This document shows, piece by piece, positions 1 to 8,346 of a stretch of 38,601 nt of DNA. The number at the start of each line of letters is the position of its first letter. Position 1 is the first letter of the stretch. The notes below the pieces were generated by a model. That model did no database searches. It was not told where the DNA came from and saw only the letters and a list, made by a program, of their open reading frames with translations. Source of the stretch: a virus. The stretch lies in the UHGV virus genome UHGV-0307961. The stretch is one strand, 5' to 3'. Both the position numbers and the translations under genes were made by a program.

Positions 1-76
1 CACTGCGTATCACATGAGAAGGCATGAAAAAAGGCCACTTGACTAGGCATAACGCCGTCAAAGTGGCCCTGGCTAG

Positions 77-151
77 GGGTCGGGGCGACAGGACTCGAAC
101 CTGCGGTCTCCTGCTCCCAAAGTAGGCCCCATGCCTAGTCAAGCGACCCCG
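77..151 (-). tRNA. tRNA-Pro(UGG)-like element in the left bacterial flank. The anticodon arm, T-arm and 3' acceptor look canonical, but the 5' acceptor and D-arm do not fold cleanly. It may be a partial or pseudo tRNA, or a remnant of an earlier integration.
   Basis: The minus-strand reading contains GGTTCGAGTCC (T-loop, plus 91-101 as ggactcgaacc) with T-stem GCAGG/CCTGT. The 3' acceptor is CGCCCCG followed by A and CCC. An anticodon loop TTTGGGA (anticodon TGG) has a stem CCTAC/GCAGG with one A-C mismatch. The 5' strand CGGGGTC pairs 6 of 7, and no good D-stem was found. Confidence 0.4.
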
Positions 152-1313
152 GTACAGTCTGGGTATCGTCCTCAGCCGCCATCATCGCCTCCATCCGGTC
201 GGCGACATCATCCAGCCCGCGATCCCACAAGTGCCCGTACAAGTCCAAGGTCATCGTCGCCGACGCATGCCCGAGCATCCGCTGGACCGCTTTGACGTCC
301 GCGCCACTCGCGATGGCCAGCGATGCCGCCGTGTGCCTCAGGTCATGGATGCGTAGCCCCTGCCATCCCAGCCTGTCGCAGGCCGGACGGAACCTCCGCT
401 GCCGCCATGAATCCTTGTACAGCCTCCTGCCACGAGCCCCACGCACAAGCGGTTCCGACGGGGTTCGCTTCAGATCGAGCATGGCCAGCACGGAGGCCGG
501 GACTGGCACGTCGCGGGCGCGGCCCGTCTTGGAGCGGTGCACCCTCAGCCGCTTGCGCTCCGAATCGACGTCCCCCACATTCAACGCCATCGCCTCACTG
601 ATGCGCAGACCTGTCGTGCCCAGTAGCCAGACGAGGGCCGCCGAATCGTCACGCCCGTGCCCCTTGCCTATCTCCTCGGCGAGCACCCTCAGCTCATCAA
701 TGCTCAGCGGGTGCACGTCCCGGCGCACCTCCCGCGGCGCCCTCACCGCTGACAGGTCTGCACGGTCCCCCACAGCCCCCCGGAGACACTGCAATACCTT
801 GTGTCGCAGTGACGCCGACGCCGGGCCATGTGCGGTGCGCAGCGACGCGATCCACGACTGCACATCGGGGGCACTCACGTCCGATGGGCTCACATCGCCC
901 CATCGTTCTCGCACATACGAGGCCGCGAGCTCTGCCGCCTCGTAACCCTTGGGGCTCAGGCCGCGCTTGCCATCCAGCCACACGCTCACGAGGTCGCCGA
1001 CGGTTCGCCCATCCTCGGGGCGCGGTGGCTTCGTCGTGAGCCGAATGGCGTTGATCCTGTCAGCCTCGGCCTTGGTGCGGCATGCCGTGGTGGGCCAGCC
1101 AGCCACCACGACACGCCACCTTTTCCCGCGGCCGTCCCGGCGAGTGGGATTGCCGTGACGGTCGCGCCACAGGTCCTGGACGGCCACGGTCAGCGCAGCC
1201 GTGGATGAGCGATCCGCAGGGCAGGCCACAGGCCGACGAGTATCCCAATGATGAATGGAAGCGGCTGGGGTCCAGGGACTAGATACCCGAAGGCGAACGC
1301 CACCAACAGCCAC
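135..1313 (-). CDS. int: Tyrosine recombinase / phage integrase
   Basis: C-terminal catalytic region ...RIHDLRHTAASLAIASGADVKAVQRMLGHASATMTLDLYGHL (R..HxxR..Y signature). N-terminal arm-binding-like region WRDRHGNPTRRDGRGKRWRVVVAGW. An alternative GTG start at 1187 would avoid a 123-nt overlap with the upstream SHOCT gene. The ORF terminates 14 nt beyond the att core. Confidence 0.9.
   Translation of the reverse strand: MAVGGVRLRVSSPWTPAASIHHWDTRRPVACPADRSSTAALTVAVQDLWRDRHGNPTRRDGRGKRWRVVVAGWPTTACRTKAEADRINAIRLTTKPPRPEDGRTVGDLVSVWLDGKRGLSPKGYEAAELAASYVRERWGDVSPSDVSAPDVQSWIASLRTAHGPASASLRHKVLQCLRGAVGDRADLSAVRAPREVRRDVHPLSIDELRVLAEEIGKGHGRDDSAALVWLLGTTGLRISEAMALNVGDVDSERKRLRVHRSKTGRARDVPVPASVLAMLDLKRTPSEPLVRGARGRRLYKDSWRQRRFRPACDRLGWQGLRIHDLRHTAASLAIASGADVKAVQRMLGHASATMTLDLYGHLWDRGLDDVADRMEAMMAAEDDTQTVPGSLD
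149..165. repeat. attL core: left copy of a 17-bp perfect direct repeat (ccggtacagtctgggta) bounding the prophage
   Basis: The identical 17-mer recurs at 38498-38514. The integrase ORF reads through this copy. Confidence 0.8.
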
Positions 1314-1495
1314 ACGAGAATGCCGCCGACGACGCGCCCGACGCGCTCTCCGGCATCCATGTCGACATCTTTGCCAGTGCGGATGATCTCCTCGATCTCG
1401 ATCCGTCGCGAGTCGTACTCAGCCTGACCGATCTTGCCGTCGGCGAGCTGCTGGTCGAGATTGGCTAGCATGTCGGCACCGATACGTCGAGCCAT
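1190..1495 (-). CDS. Small membrane protein with a SHOCT-like N-terminal domain and C-terminal TM helices
   Basis: MARRIGADMLANLDQQLADGKIGQAEYDSRRIEIEEI resembles the SHOCT motif and is followed by hydrophobic stretches. An AGGAGG RBS (reverse complement of plus ~1503-1508) precedes the ATG at 1495. Confidence 0.5.
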   Translation of the reverse strand: MARRIGADMLANLDQQLADGKIGQAEYDSRRIEIEEIIRTGKDVDMDAGERVGRVVGGILVWLLVAFAFGYLVPGPQPLPFIIGILVGLWPALRIAHPRLR

Positions 1496-1559
1496 GATGT
1501 CTCCTCCTTGTGTGTGGTTTGAGTATGGCCCTGCTGAGCCGTGCTTGTGCGGTGTGGGG

Positions 1560-1955
1560 TCAGATTGTGAGCGCGGCCTCGATGGCCTGCCGCTCGGCGT
1601 CAGTGAGATGGTCGAGGCGATCACGAAGGACTGCCGGGGTGACCCACAGGTCGGCCGCCGGGTCGGGCATGAGCAGTGCGTCGCGGAGCTGGTGGAGGTC
1701 TGGGATCAGCCAGCGTGCCGTCTCCGCCCTGACCTGCCGCTCGACAGCAGCCGGCTGGTGGCTGGTGTGATGGTGATGGATGTGCACGAGCTCGTGGGCG
1801 AGGGTGCATCGCCGCTCCGTCTGTGACAGGCCGGTGCGGATCCATATCGTCGTGCCGTCGGTGCATCCCCTCCATCCGTGGGGGAGGTCACCCGCCCAGA
1901 CCACGGTGAGGTCTGGGCGGGTGCGCAGCACCGACCACGGATCACAGGGACTCAT
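1560..1955 (-). CDS. ImmA/IrrE-family zinc metallopeptidase (anti-repressor protease). The start is uncertain; ATGs at 1955, 1985 and 2081 are all in frame.
   Basis: HExxH motif LAHELVHIHHHH. The gene lies immediately downstream of, and overlaps, an XRE-family HTH repressor gene on the same strand. This is the classic ImmR/ImmA arrangement. Confidence 0.7.
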   Translation of the reverse strand: MSPCDPWSVLRTRPDLTVVWAGDLPHGWRGCTDGTTIWIRTGLSQTERRCTLAHELVHIHHHHTSHQPAAVERQVRAETARWLIPDLHQLRDALLMPDPAADLWVTPAVLRDRLDHLTDAERQAIEAALTI

Positions 1956-2298
1956 CGTCCGGATGCTCCTGGCGGAACCGCTCATCCTCCGTCGGCTCGC
2001 TGTCCTCGTAGGCAGCCTTAGTGAACCAGTCTCGGCTAGGCGCCGGGACTGGCGGCCCGTAGGAAGCCACCTGAGCCTCATTCAACAGCTGCCCAGGATC
2101 GAACCCGAGCGCCAGGGCCAGCGGCACGAATGTCTCTACCGCTAAGCCGGTGTCGCCCTTGCAGGCTCTGACAACGGTTGTTTTCTTGACGCCACTCTTC
2201 ACGGAGATCTCATCGTAGGTCCCCACCCTCTCTCTCACTGCGCTGAACCGGTCCGCGATGTACCGCGACACCGGCCCTGTCATCTGGCTCCGTCCCAT
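1942..2298 (-). CDS. XRE-family HTH transcriptional repressor (CI/ImmR-like)
   Basis: HTH segment TYDEISVKSGVKKTTVVRACKG. It is divergent from a Cro-like gene across an operator-bearing intergenic region, and the ImmA-like gene follows it. Confidence 0.75.
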   Translation of the reverse strand: MGRSQMTGPVSRYIADRFSAVRERVGTYDEISVKSGVKKTTVVRACKGDTGLAVETFVPLALALGFDPGQLLNEAQVASYGPPVPAPSRDWFTKAAYEDSEPTEDERFRQEHPDDESL

Positions 2299-2375
2299 GC
2301 CGCAAATGGTCCCATTTAGGAACTCGTCCTGTCAAGGGCTTGACATGCGATTCCTAATTAGGAATACTGGCGGTC
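2299..2375. promoter_or_regulatory. Divergent early promoter/operator region between the cI-like and cro-like genes
   Basis: A perfect 16-bp palindrome ATTCCTAATTAGGAAT lies at 2350-2365, between a rightward -35 TTGACA (2340-2345) and a -10-like AATACT (2363-2368). A half-site TTAGGAA is at ~2316-2322. Face-to-face TTGACA elements sit within the inverted repeat tgtcaag-gg-cttgaca (2330-2345). Confidence 0.6.
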
Positions 2376-2618
2376 ATGAGCAACCCACAAGAGCAGCTGG
2401 CAGCTGAAGCCAGGGCAGCCATCGCAAGGGCTGGCCTCCAGAAGAAAGATGTCGCGGCGAGCCTCCGCATCGAGACGCGGACCCTCAGGAACAAGCTCAG
2501 CGGGGAGTCGCCGCTGAGCGTTGATGAGATCGGCATCATCGCCCACCTCACAGGGGCGAACCCGGGCGACATGATCAACGCCGCGTATGGCATCAACGGG
2601 GAGCAGGTCGCAGCATGA
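2376..2618 (+). CDS. Small HTH regulator (Cro-like)
   Basis: 80 aa. HTH segment LQKKDVAASLRIETRTLRNKLSGE. It is the first gene of the rightward early operon, directly after the operator palindrome. Confidence 0.6.
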   Translation: MSNPQEQLAAEARAAIARAGLQKKDVAASLRIETRTLRNKLSGESPLSVDEIGIIAHLTGANPGDMINAAYGINGEQVAA

Positions 2619-2689
2619 CCTCCCACAACGCAGCGACGCCGCACCCGGGCGGGGGTACGGCGTCAGGAACCAACAACGAAGGAGATTCC

Positions 2690-3451
2690 ATGTCCATCAT
2701 CCCATTTGCCTACGAAGGCCACAACGTTCGCGTAGTCGAGCGCGACGGCGAACCGTGGTTCGTCGCCAAGGACGTCTGCGAGCAGCTCGGGCTCGATAAT
2801 GTCGGCCAGGCCATCCTCAGCCTCGAGGACGACGAGAAGGGTTCCATCACTATTGCTGATGGAACCCCCGGGAACCCCAACAGGGCCATCGTCTCGGAGT
2901 CGGGCCTCTACTCGCTGATCCTCCGCTCCCGCAAGCCTGAGGCGAAGGCGTTCAAGCGCTGGGTCACTCATGAGGTGATCCCCTCGATCCGCAAGCACGG
3001 CGGCTACCTCACCCCCGAGAAGGCCGAAGAGATCATCTCCGACCCCGACGTCATCATCGAGCTAGCTCAGGCGGTAAAGCGCGAGAAGGCTGCCCGCCTG
3101 GCCATGGAATCCCTCGTTCACGAGCTCGAACCCAAGGCCGACATGTACGACCGCTTCCTCGATGCCGACGGCACCTACTCGATAGGCAACGTCGCCAAGA
3201 TGGTCGGGCTCAGCCAGAACAAGCTGTTCGACCGGCTGCGGAACTCGGGCATCCTCATCGCCAAGGGGGCGATGCGCAACACCCCTTACCAGCGCTACAT
3301 GCACCACTTCTCCGTCCGCCCTTACGACTACGAGCGCTCCGACGGGACCAGAGGCACCAGCTACACCACGCGAGTGCAACCCTCAGGAATCCAGTTCATC
3401 TGCCGCAAACTCAGCCTCCAACTCATCACAGACGAGGAGGCAGCGGCATGA
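2690..3451 (+). CDS. Phage antirepressor, Bro-N domain plus KilA-C-like C-terminal domain
   Basis: MSIIPFAYEGHNVRVVERDGEPWFVAKDVCEQLGL...SESGLYSLILRSRKPEAKAFKRWVTHEVIPSIRKHGGY is typical of a Bro-N domain. A GAAGGAGA RBS precedes the ATG at 2690. The ORF also opens at 2615, but without an RBS. Confidence 0.7.
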   Translation: MSIIPFAYEGHNVRVVERDGEPWFVAKDVCEQLGLDNVGQAILSLEDDEKGSITIADGTPGNPNRAIVSESGLYSLILRSRKPEAKAFKRWVTHEVIPSIRKHGGYLTPEKAEEIISDPDVIIELAQAVKREKAARLAMESLVHELEPKADMYDRFLDADGTYSIGNVAKMVGLSQNKLFDRLRNSGILIAKGAMRNTPYQRYMHHFSVRPYDYERSDGTRGTSYTTRVQPSGIQFICRKLSLQLITDEEAAA

Positions 3452-3648
3452 CTGACACCTTGCTCACTCCCCGCCAGGCTGCGGCCCAGCTGCACATGAG
3501 CCCTCGCGCTGTCCGCGAGCTGTGCTCATCACGCCAGATCACCCACATCGTGACGACTGGCCCCCAAGGGCAGGCCCGCTACCGCGTCCCGCAGTCGGCA
3601 ATCGCGGCGTTCCTGCGCGAGCACACGGTCACCAGGAGGCTGTCATGA
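3448..3648 (+). CDS. Excisionase-like / MerR-type HTH DNA-binding protein
   Basis: 66 aa. LTPRQAAAQLHMSPRAVRELCSSRQI is an HTH_17/Xis-like motif. Confidence 0.5.
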   Translation: MTDTLLTPRQAAAQLHMSPRAVRELCSSRQITHIVTTGPQGQARYRVPQSAIAAFLREHTVTRRLS

Positions 3649-3848
3649 TCGCCCTCATTGTCGCCGCCGACGGGAGGGCTTTGGTTCTCGTCATGGCGAT
3701 GGTCGCCGTCATCGTTGGCGCGAAGCTGCGCGACGATGCCGACAAGTCCGCCGACTGGTGCACTCACTGCGACGGGGCCACCGATAGCAAGCCCGGCTCC
3801 TGCCCGCACTGCCACGGCACCGGCATCGAACCGGGGGCACGATCATGA
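3645..3848 (+). CDS. Small membrane protein with a C-terminal CxxC...CxxCxGxG zinc-ribbon
   Basis: AGGAGG RBS then ATG at 3645. Hydrophobic N-terminal half. CTHCDG...CPHCHGTG motif. Confidence 0.45.
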   Translation: MIALIVAADGRALVLVMAMVAVIVGAKLRDDADKSADWCTHCDGATDSKPGSCPHCHGTGIEPGARS

Positions 3849-4195
3849 GCATCAACCCTGTGTTTTGTCTGGACTGCTGGCAGATCGACTACGGGGTGCC
3901 TCCCAAGAATGGCGTGGCGTCAGGCAGCCAGATGATGACGAACCATTGGGATCACTCGTTGCACGTGTTTGGCCCGCCGGATGATTATCCGCCACCAATG
4001 GCTGTCGTGCTGAAAAAGCTTGGTTCGGGGATTCCTGTCAATGTCATTGACATGTGGCTATTTGATCTCTCAATCGCCCTTGACGGCATTCAACCCAACA
4101 ATGGCGTGACCCCTAGACCTCTCGACGACAACGACCCGAGCGGGCGAAAAATCGTGCTCGCTGAACTCGGCATTAAAGCAGGAGGAACAGCATGA
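3845..4195 (+). CDS. Hypothetical protein (low-GC island)
   Basis: 116-aa ORF. It sits in a block whose base composition is markedly lower in GC than its surroundings. Confidence 0.4.
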   Translation: MSINPVFCLDCWQIDYGVPPKNGVASGSQMMTNHWDHSLHVFGPPDDYPPPMAVVLKKLGSGIPVNVIDMWLFDLSIALDGIQPNNGVTPRPLDDNDPSGRKIVLAELGIKAGGTA

Positions 4196-4464
4196 GTGCG
4201 AATGAACCGCGCGCCATTGTCTGCCTAGATCAAGCATGGGTGAAGCTCATGTGGGTACTCGAATATCTCGCAGAGATTAGCCCTGGCGACCTCGAAGAAA
4301 TTGACCCCGACGAAGCCGAAGTGCACCAAGCCGCAATCATGGCGTTACGGCGTGACCTTAAAGTCTCGGAGGTGGCCCTATTTGACATATTCAAAACATT
4401 AGTAATCAAAGCCGACTCAGCAAAGGCGAGCGACGATTCCAGCGCGAAGGGAGAAACGGCATGA
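4192..4464 (+). CDS. Hypothetical protein (low-GC island)
   Basis: AGGAGG RBS and an overlapping stop/start (ATGA) with the upstream ORF. Confidence 0.45.
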   Translation: MSANEPRAIVCLDQAWVKLMWVLEYLAEISPGDLEEIDPDEAEVHQAAIMALRRDLKVSEVALFDIFKTLVIKADSAKASDDSSAKGETA

Positions 4465-4700
4465 ATGACACGGCCAGTGTAGAAATGGCGCTCATGCGGG
4501 ATGCATTGTCGCATCTCAACATCGCAGCAGAGGCCCTGTCAGCCATTGAGGAGGACGACGCGAACCTGTACCGGAATCGCGTCAGATTGTCGGCTATTTT
4601 CACCACGAAGGCCGCCCTCGAAATAGAAGAACTCCTCACCGAATACGAGACCATAACCGACCCGATAGAGGCCGGGGAGTATGAGGGGTGCGCGGAATGA
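4461..4700 (+). CDS. Hypothetical protein (low-GC island)
   Basis: AAGGGAGA RBS, coupled to the upstream gene by an ATGA overlap. Confidence 0.45.
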   Translation: MNDTASVEMALMRDALSHLNIAAEALSAIEEDDANLYRNRVRLSAIFTTKAALEIEELLTEYETITDPIEAGEYEGCAE

Positions 4701-4879
4701 ACACCATCGACAAGTGGAGCTACGCCCGCGTGGAGCGGGACTGGCTGGAGCGGATCAGCCAGCCACCACAGGGCCAGGAGCGCCCCTGCCCGGACTGCAA
4801 CGGCTCGGGCGAGGCCAGGCACGCCGGGTTCTGCCGCACCTGTGGCGGTAGCGGAATCCTCATGGAGGCCCGACGATGA
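4697..4879 (+). CDS. Small zinc-finger protein. An alternative start lies at 4688.
   Basis: CPDCNGSGE...CRTCGGSG (CxxCxGxG repeats). Confidence 0.4.
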   Translation: MNTIDKWSYARVERDWLERISQPPQGQERPCPDCNGSGEARHAGFCRTCGGSGILMEARR

Positions 4880-5814
4880 GACGCTCAGGGATGGCAGTAG
4901 CCCTCGGATCATGGCCGGACGGGTCGCCCGAATGGCTGGAGGCTCGCAGGAGCCGCATCGGAGGCTCCGACATTGCCGCCATCATGGGACTGTCGCCATG
5001 GTGCTCTGCCCGGCAGCTGTGGCACCGCAAGCGCGGCACCATCGACGACAAGCCTTCCAGCGACCTTATGGAGGCAGGCCACTACGTCGAGCCAGCAGCG
5101 GCCAGCTGGTACGCCGACCATCACCTCCCCGAGGGGTTGCACCTGCGCAACACGGGCACGTGGGTCCACCGGTGCAGGGATTGGCAGCTGGCCAACCCTG
5201 ACCGGCTCATTGTCGACAATCCGCACTCGGAGCGGCATCCGGTAGGGGTCCTCGAAATCAAGTTCACGCCCAACAATCCGGGCCAGTGGGGCCGCGACGG
5301 CACCGACAATCCACCGCCTCACTACTGGGCACAGGTGCAGTGGTACATGGACGTTTTCGGCGTCGGCTGGGCTGACGTTGCCGTTCTGTCGACGTGGGGG
5401 TTCCGCTGCTTCCACGTCAAGCGCAACTACGAGTGGCTCAGCCTGGCTCGCCATGAGGCCGAGAACTTCATCGCCATGCTCGAGCTCGGCATCGAGCCCG
5501 ACGACACTCGCGAGACGCCAGCAGCCAGGTACGCCATCGAGAGGTTACGCCACCCCGACATCACCGACGAGCAGGTGACCATCGACGACCCCGATGCTGT
5601 CGACCTCATCGCCAAAGCCGCCCAGCTGCACGCCTCCGCCAAGGCCACCGACACCGAGGCGAGGGAGGTCTCCGATCAGGCCAAGGCAATCCTCGCCCAA
5701 GCCATGGGCGACGCCCGCACCGCCATCGCACCAGACGGCACCCCGCTGGCCACCCGTCGAGCCCGCAAGGGTCGCGACGGCCAACCCGGAACCCCATTCA
5801 TCACCCTCAACTAA
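4876..5814 (+). CDS. YqaJ-like viral recombinase-domain exonuclease (lambda Exo/RecE functional analogue)
   Basis: N-terminal hallmark RIGGSDIAAIMGLSPWCS. It is followed by a RecT-family gene. A GGAGG RBS precedes it. Confidence 0.75.
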   Translation: MRRSGMAVALGSWPDGSPEWLEARRSRIGGSDIAAIMGLSPWCSARQLWHRKRGTIDDKPSSDLMEAGHYVEPAAASWYADHHLPEGLHLRNTGTWVHRCRDWQLANPDRLIVDNPHSERHPVGVLEIKFTPNNPGQWGRDGTDNPPPHYWAQVQWYMDVFGVGWADVAVLSTWGFRCFHVKRNYEWLSLARHEAENFIAMLELGIEPDDTRETPAARYAIERLRHPDITDEQVTIDDPDAVDLIAKAAQLHASAKATDTEAREVSDQAKAILAQAMGDARTAIAPDGTPLATRRARKGRDGQPGTPFITLN

Positions 5815-5825
5815 GGAGCATCGCC

Positions 5826-6638
5826 ATGAGCAAAGACATTGAACCGTCAACCAACAGTGTTGTGCCAGCAAGCCTCGACGATCAGATGAGATACGCCGAA
5901 GCCCTCAGCTCAGCCACCATCCTCCCGCCCGCCTTCCAGCGCCAGCCAGCCAACGTCCTCGTGGCCCTCGCCGAGGCCACTGAGCTGGGCGAATCCCCGT
6001 GGACGATCATGCAGGAGATGGCAATCATCAGCGGCAAGCCATCCTTCTCCGCCAAGTTCATGCGCACCCGCATCCGCAAGGCCGGTCACCTGTTGCGCGA
6101 GTCCTTCAACGATGGCGTGGCCCGCTGTGTCATCATCCGCGCCGACGACCCAGAGTTTGAGCACGTGGCCACCTGGGACCGCGCCAAGGCCGAGAAGCAC
6201 GGCCTGTGGGGCAAGGGGCATTGGGCCAAGAATCCCGAGCTCATGCTCGCCAACCGTGCCCTGTCGGAGTGTGTGCGGGAGGCGTGCTACGAGGTGATGG
6301 GCGGTGTCGGCTACACCCCCGACGAGGTGATGGACTTCGCTCCCCCATCTCGCCCCGATGGTGTGACCGTCACCGAGCACCACGACGACCGTCCCGACTG
6401 GGGGATCATCCTCGCCGCCATGCGCGACACCGGGGCAGATCAGCAGCAGGTCCTCGAGGTGGCCTCCCGGGTGCTCGGCAGGCAGGTGACCACCCTCGGT
6501 GGCCTCACCCAGGACGAACTCAACGCCACCGCCGCCGCACTGGTCGAGGCTCACTCTGACGAGCCCGAGACGCAGGAGCCGGGGCAGCTGTTTGATGCCG
6601 AGGTCATCGACGAGAACACCGGCGAGGTGGCCCGATGA
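5826..6638 (+). CDS. recT: RecT-family single-strand annealing protein
   Basis: QMRYAEALSSATILPPAFQRQPANVLVALAEATELGESPWTIMQEMAIISGKPSFSAKFM. AAGGAG RBS. Confidence 0.75.
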   Translation: MSKDIEPSTNSVVPASLDDQMRYAEALSSATILPPAFQRQPANVLVALAEATELGESPWTIMQEMAIISGKPSFSAKFMRTRIRKAGHLLRESFNDGVARCVIIRADDPEFEHVATWDRAKAEKHGLWGKGHWAKNPELMLANRALSECVREACYEVMGGVGYTPDEVMDFAPPSRPDGVTVTEHHDDRPDWGIILAAMRDTGADQQQVLEVASRVLGRQVTTLGGLTQDELNATAAALVEAHSDEPETQEPGQLFDAEVIDENTGEVAR

Positions 6639-6907
6639 ATATCACCCGGCAAGACATTTTCGAGGTCGGATACATGACATACCTCGGTGTGTACGAGCAT
6701 TTCGATGAGGTGGCACGAGAGCTCGACAAGCTCTACTTGCATCCTGGCATGCCCGACGACAAAAAGGAGGCAGTTCTCCAACTGTCCGCCCGGGCCAGCA
6801 GCCTCGACCCAGCCGACCGCCCCAGCGTCGCACGGCTCATCGGAGACCTGGATGCCCTGACTGGCTGGATCATGAGCCTCCCCTTGGACGACGAGGTGCA
6901 GTCATGA
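6635..6907 (+). CDS. Hypothetical protein
   Basis: 90-aa ORF, translationally coupled (ATGA) to recT. Confidence 0.4.
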   Translation: MNITRQDIFEVGYMTYLGVYEHFDEVARELDKLYLHPGMPDDKKEAVLQLSARASSLDPADRPSVARLIGDLDALTGWIMSLPLDDEVQS

Positions 6908-7179
6908 TGGACGACTACATCTGGTCGCACATCAACCCTGACGTGCTCGCCCTCATCGCACTGGATAGGGCCAGGCAGGACCGGGAGTTCTCGGACAAAC
7001 TGCTGGATGACGACTATCGGGGTGGGGCCGATCTTGCCGCTGCGATCGTGCACAACATCGCTGGCCTGGTGCGCTGGCTCGAGGCCATCGACTCACATTA
7101 TGAGGCCGCCGACGGCGAGTCGGGGCTCCTGGCCTCCATGGTTAGTAGGGCGTCCACGAGGGAGCGCTGGCATGACTAG
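6904..7179 (+). CDS. Hypothetical protein
   Basis: 91-aa ORF, coupled to its neighbours. Confidence 0.4.
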   Translation: MMDDYIWSHINPDVLALIALDRARQDREFSDKLLDDDYRGGADLAAAIVHNIAGLVRWLEAIDSHYEAADGESGLLASMVSRASTRERWHD

Positions 7180-7639
7180 CTCTCGGCATCCACTGTCTCT
7201 CGACCCCATACAGGCCGCGAAATCCCTCGAGCGAAACCTGATGTGGACCCCTGATGGGTGTGCCACATCCAAGAGCCGACAGCTGTACATCCGCACTACC
7301 GACGGTGGGTCCGTGGGCCTCTACGCATCCCGCGTGGCGCACGCCTCCACTCATGGGTGGGTCACCTCTCCGGGCAAGCTCCGCCGCACCTGCAGCACCC
7401 CACGGTGTGTCAATCCTGACCATCTTGAGGTCATCGCCTCAGAGTCCGGCGAGGACGACAGGCCACCTGTTGACCTCGACCAGGTCGCCTACCTGCGCGC
7501 CCGTGGGTGGACCTGGCAGCGCATCGGCGAGACCACCGGATGGACCGCGCAGGACGTGGCTGACATCCCCCATATCCGGCGTATTCACGAACCCCTAAAA
7601 AACGACGCACTCGCATACATCGAGAGGCTTGAACAATGA
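7172..7639 (+). CDS. HNH endonuclease
   Basis: C-terminal [14 protein letters not shown] motif. GAGGGAG RBS before the ATG at 7172. Confidence 0.6.
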   Translation: MTSSRHPLSLDPIQAAKSLERNLMWTPDGCATSKSRQLYIRTTDGGSVGLYASRVAHASTHGWVTSPGKLRRTCSTPRCVNPDHLEVIASESGEDDRPPVDLDQVAYLRARGWTWQRIGETTGWTAQDVADIPHIRRIHEPLKNDALAYIERLEQ

Positions 7640-8346
7640 GCGGAGAAACACAGATCTATACGCGCGGGCCGTACAAGCGGAAGGTAACTTCGTGCTCGGT
7701 TCCGGGCTGCGAATCCGGAGGAAGGTTTACTCGCGGATTGTGTAAACGCCATTACGCGCGTCTTTTGAGACACGGCGACACAGGGTCAGCGGAAATGCAG
7801 CACGCTTCTCCGATCACAAATGAGACGTGTTCGGTCGATGGATGTGGAAACCGCGTCCGGTCAAAAGGGCTGTGCTGTGCGCACTACCACCGTCTGCGAA
7901 AGTACGGGACTCCCACTGGGAAGCCACGGCGTGCGTCAGAGGAAGACAGGTTCCTGTCGTACGTCGACATGACATCACACTGCTGGGAATGGACCGGCGG
8001 CCTGATGAGTGGCGGCTACGGAATGTTTCATCTTTCAGACACCACCTGTGAACTAGCCCATCGGTATGCCTACCAACGGTTCGTCGAACCGATCCCGGAA
8101 GGACTGGTCATTGACCATCTGTGCCGAAACCGAAAGTGCGTCAACCCAGACCATCTCGAAGTTGTCACCAATCTAGAAAATCTCCGCAGGGGGATCGGGT
8201 ACAGACTCCAGAATGGTATGGATGACCGCTGTATTCACGGCCACAAATACACAGTGGATAACACTTATATTTCCCCTAAGGGGAAAATACTCTGCCGCAC
8301 TTGCCAGCGCATCGCACAGGCCAAACGAGAAGGGAACGCCTCATGA
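7636..8346 (+). CDS. HNH endonuclease with a zinc-binding CxxC/CxxH N-terminal region. Probable free-standing homing-type HNH.
   Basis: [17 protein letters not shown] plus [10 protein letters not shown]...CKRHY and CSVDGCGN...CCAHY. Its first 21 nt (atgagcggagaaacacagatc) match the first 21 nt of the downstream ssb at 20 of 21 positions. GC is lower than in its neighbours. Confidence 0.6.
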   Translation: MSGETQIYTRGPYKRKVTSCSVPGCESGGRFTRGLCKRHYARLLRHGDTGSAEMQHASPITNETCSVDGCGNRVRSKGLCCAHYHRLRKYGTPTGKPRRASEEDRFLSYVDMTSHCWEWTGGLMSGGYGMFHLSDTTCELAHRYAYQRFVEPIPEGLVIDHLCRNRKCVNPDHLEVVTNLENLRRGIGYRLQNGMDDRCIHGHKYTVDNTYISPKGKILCRTCQRIAQAKREGNAS

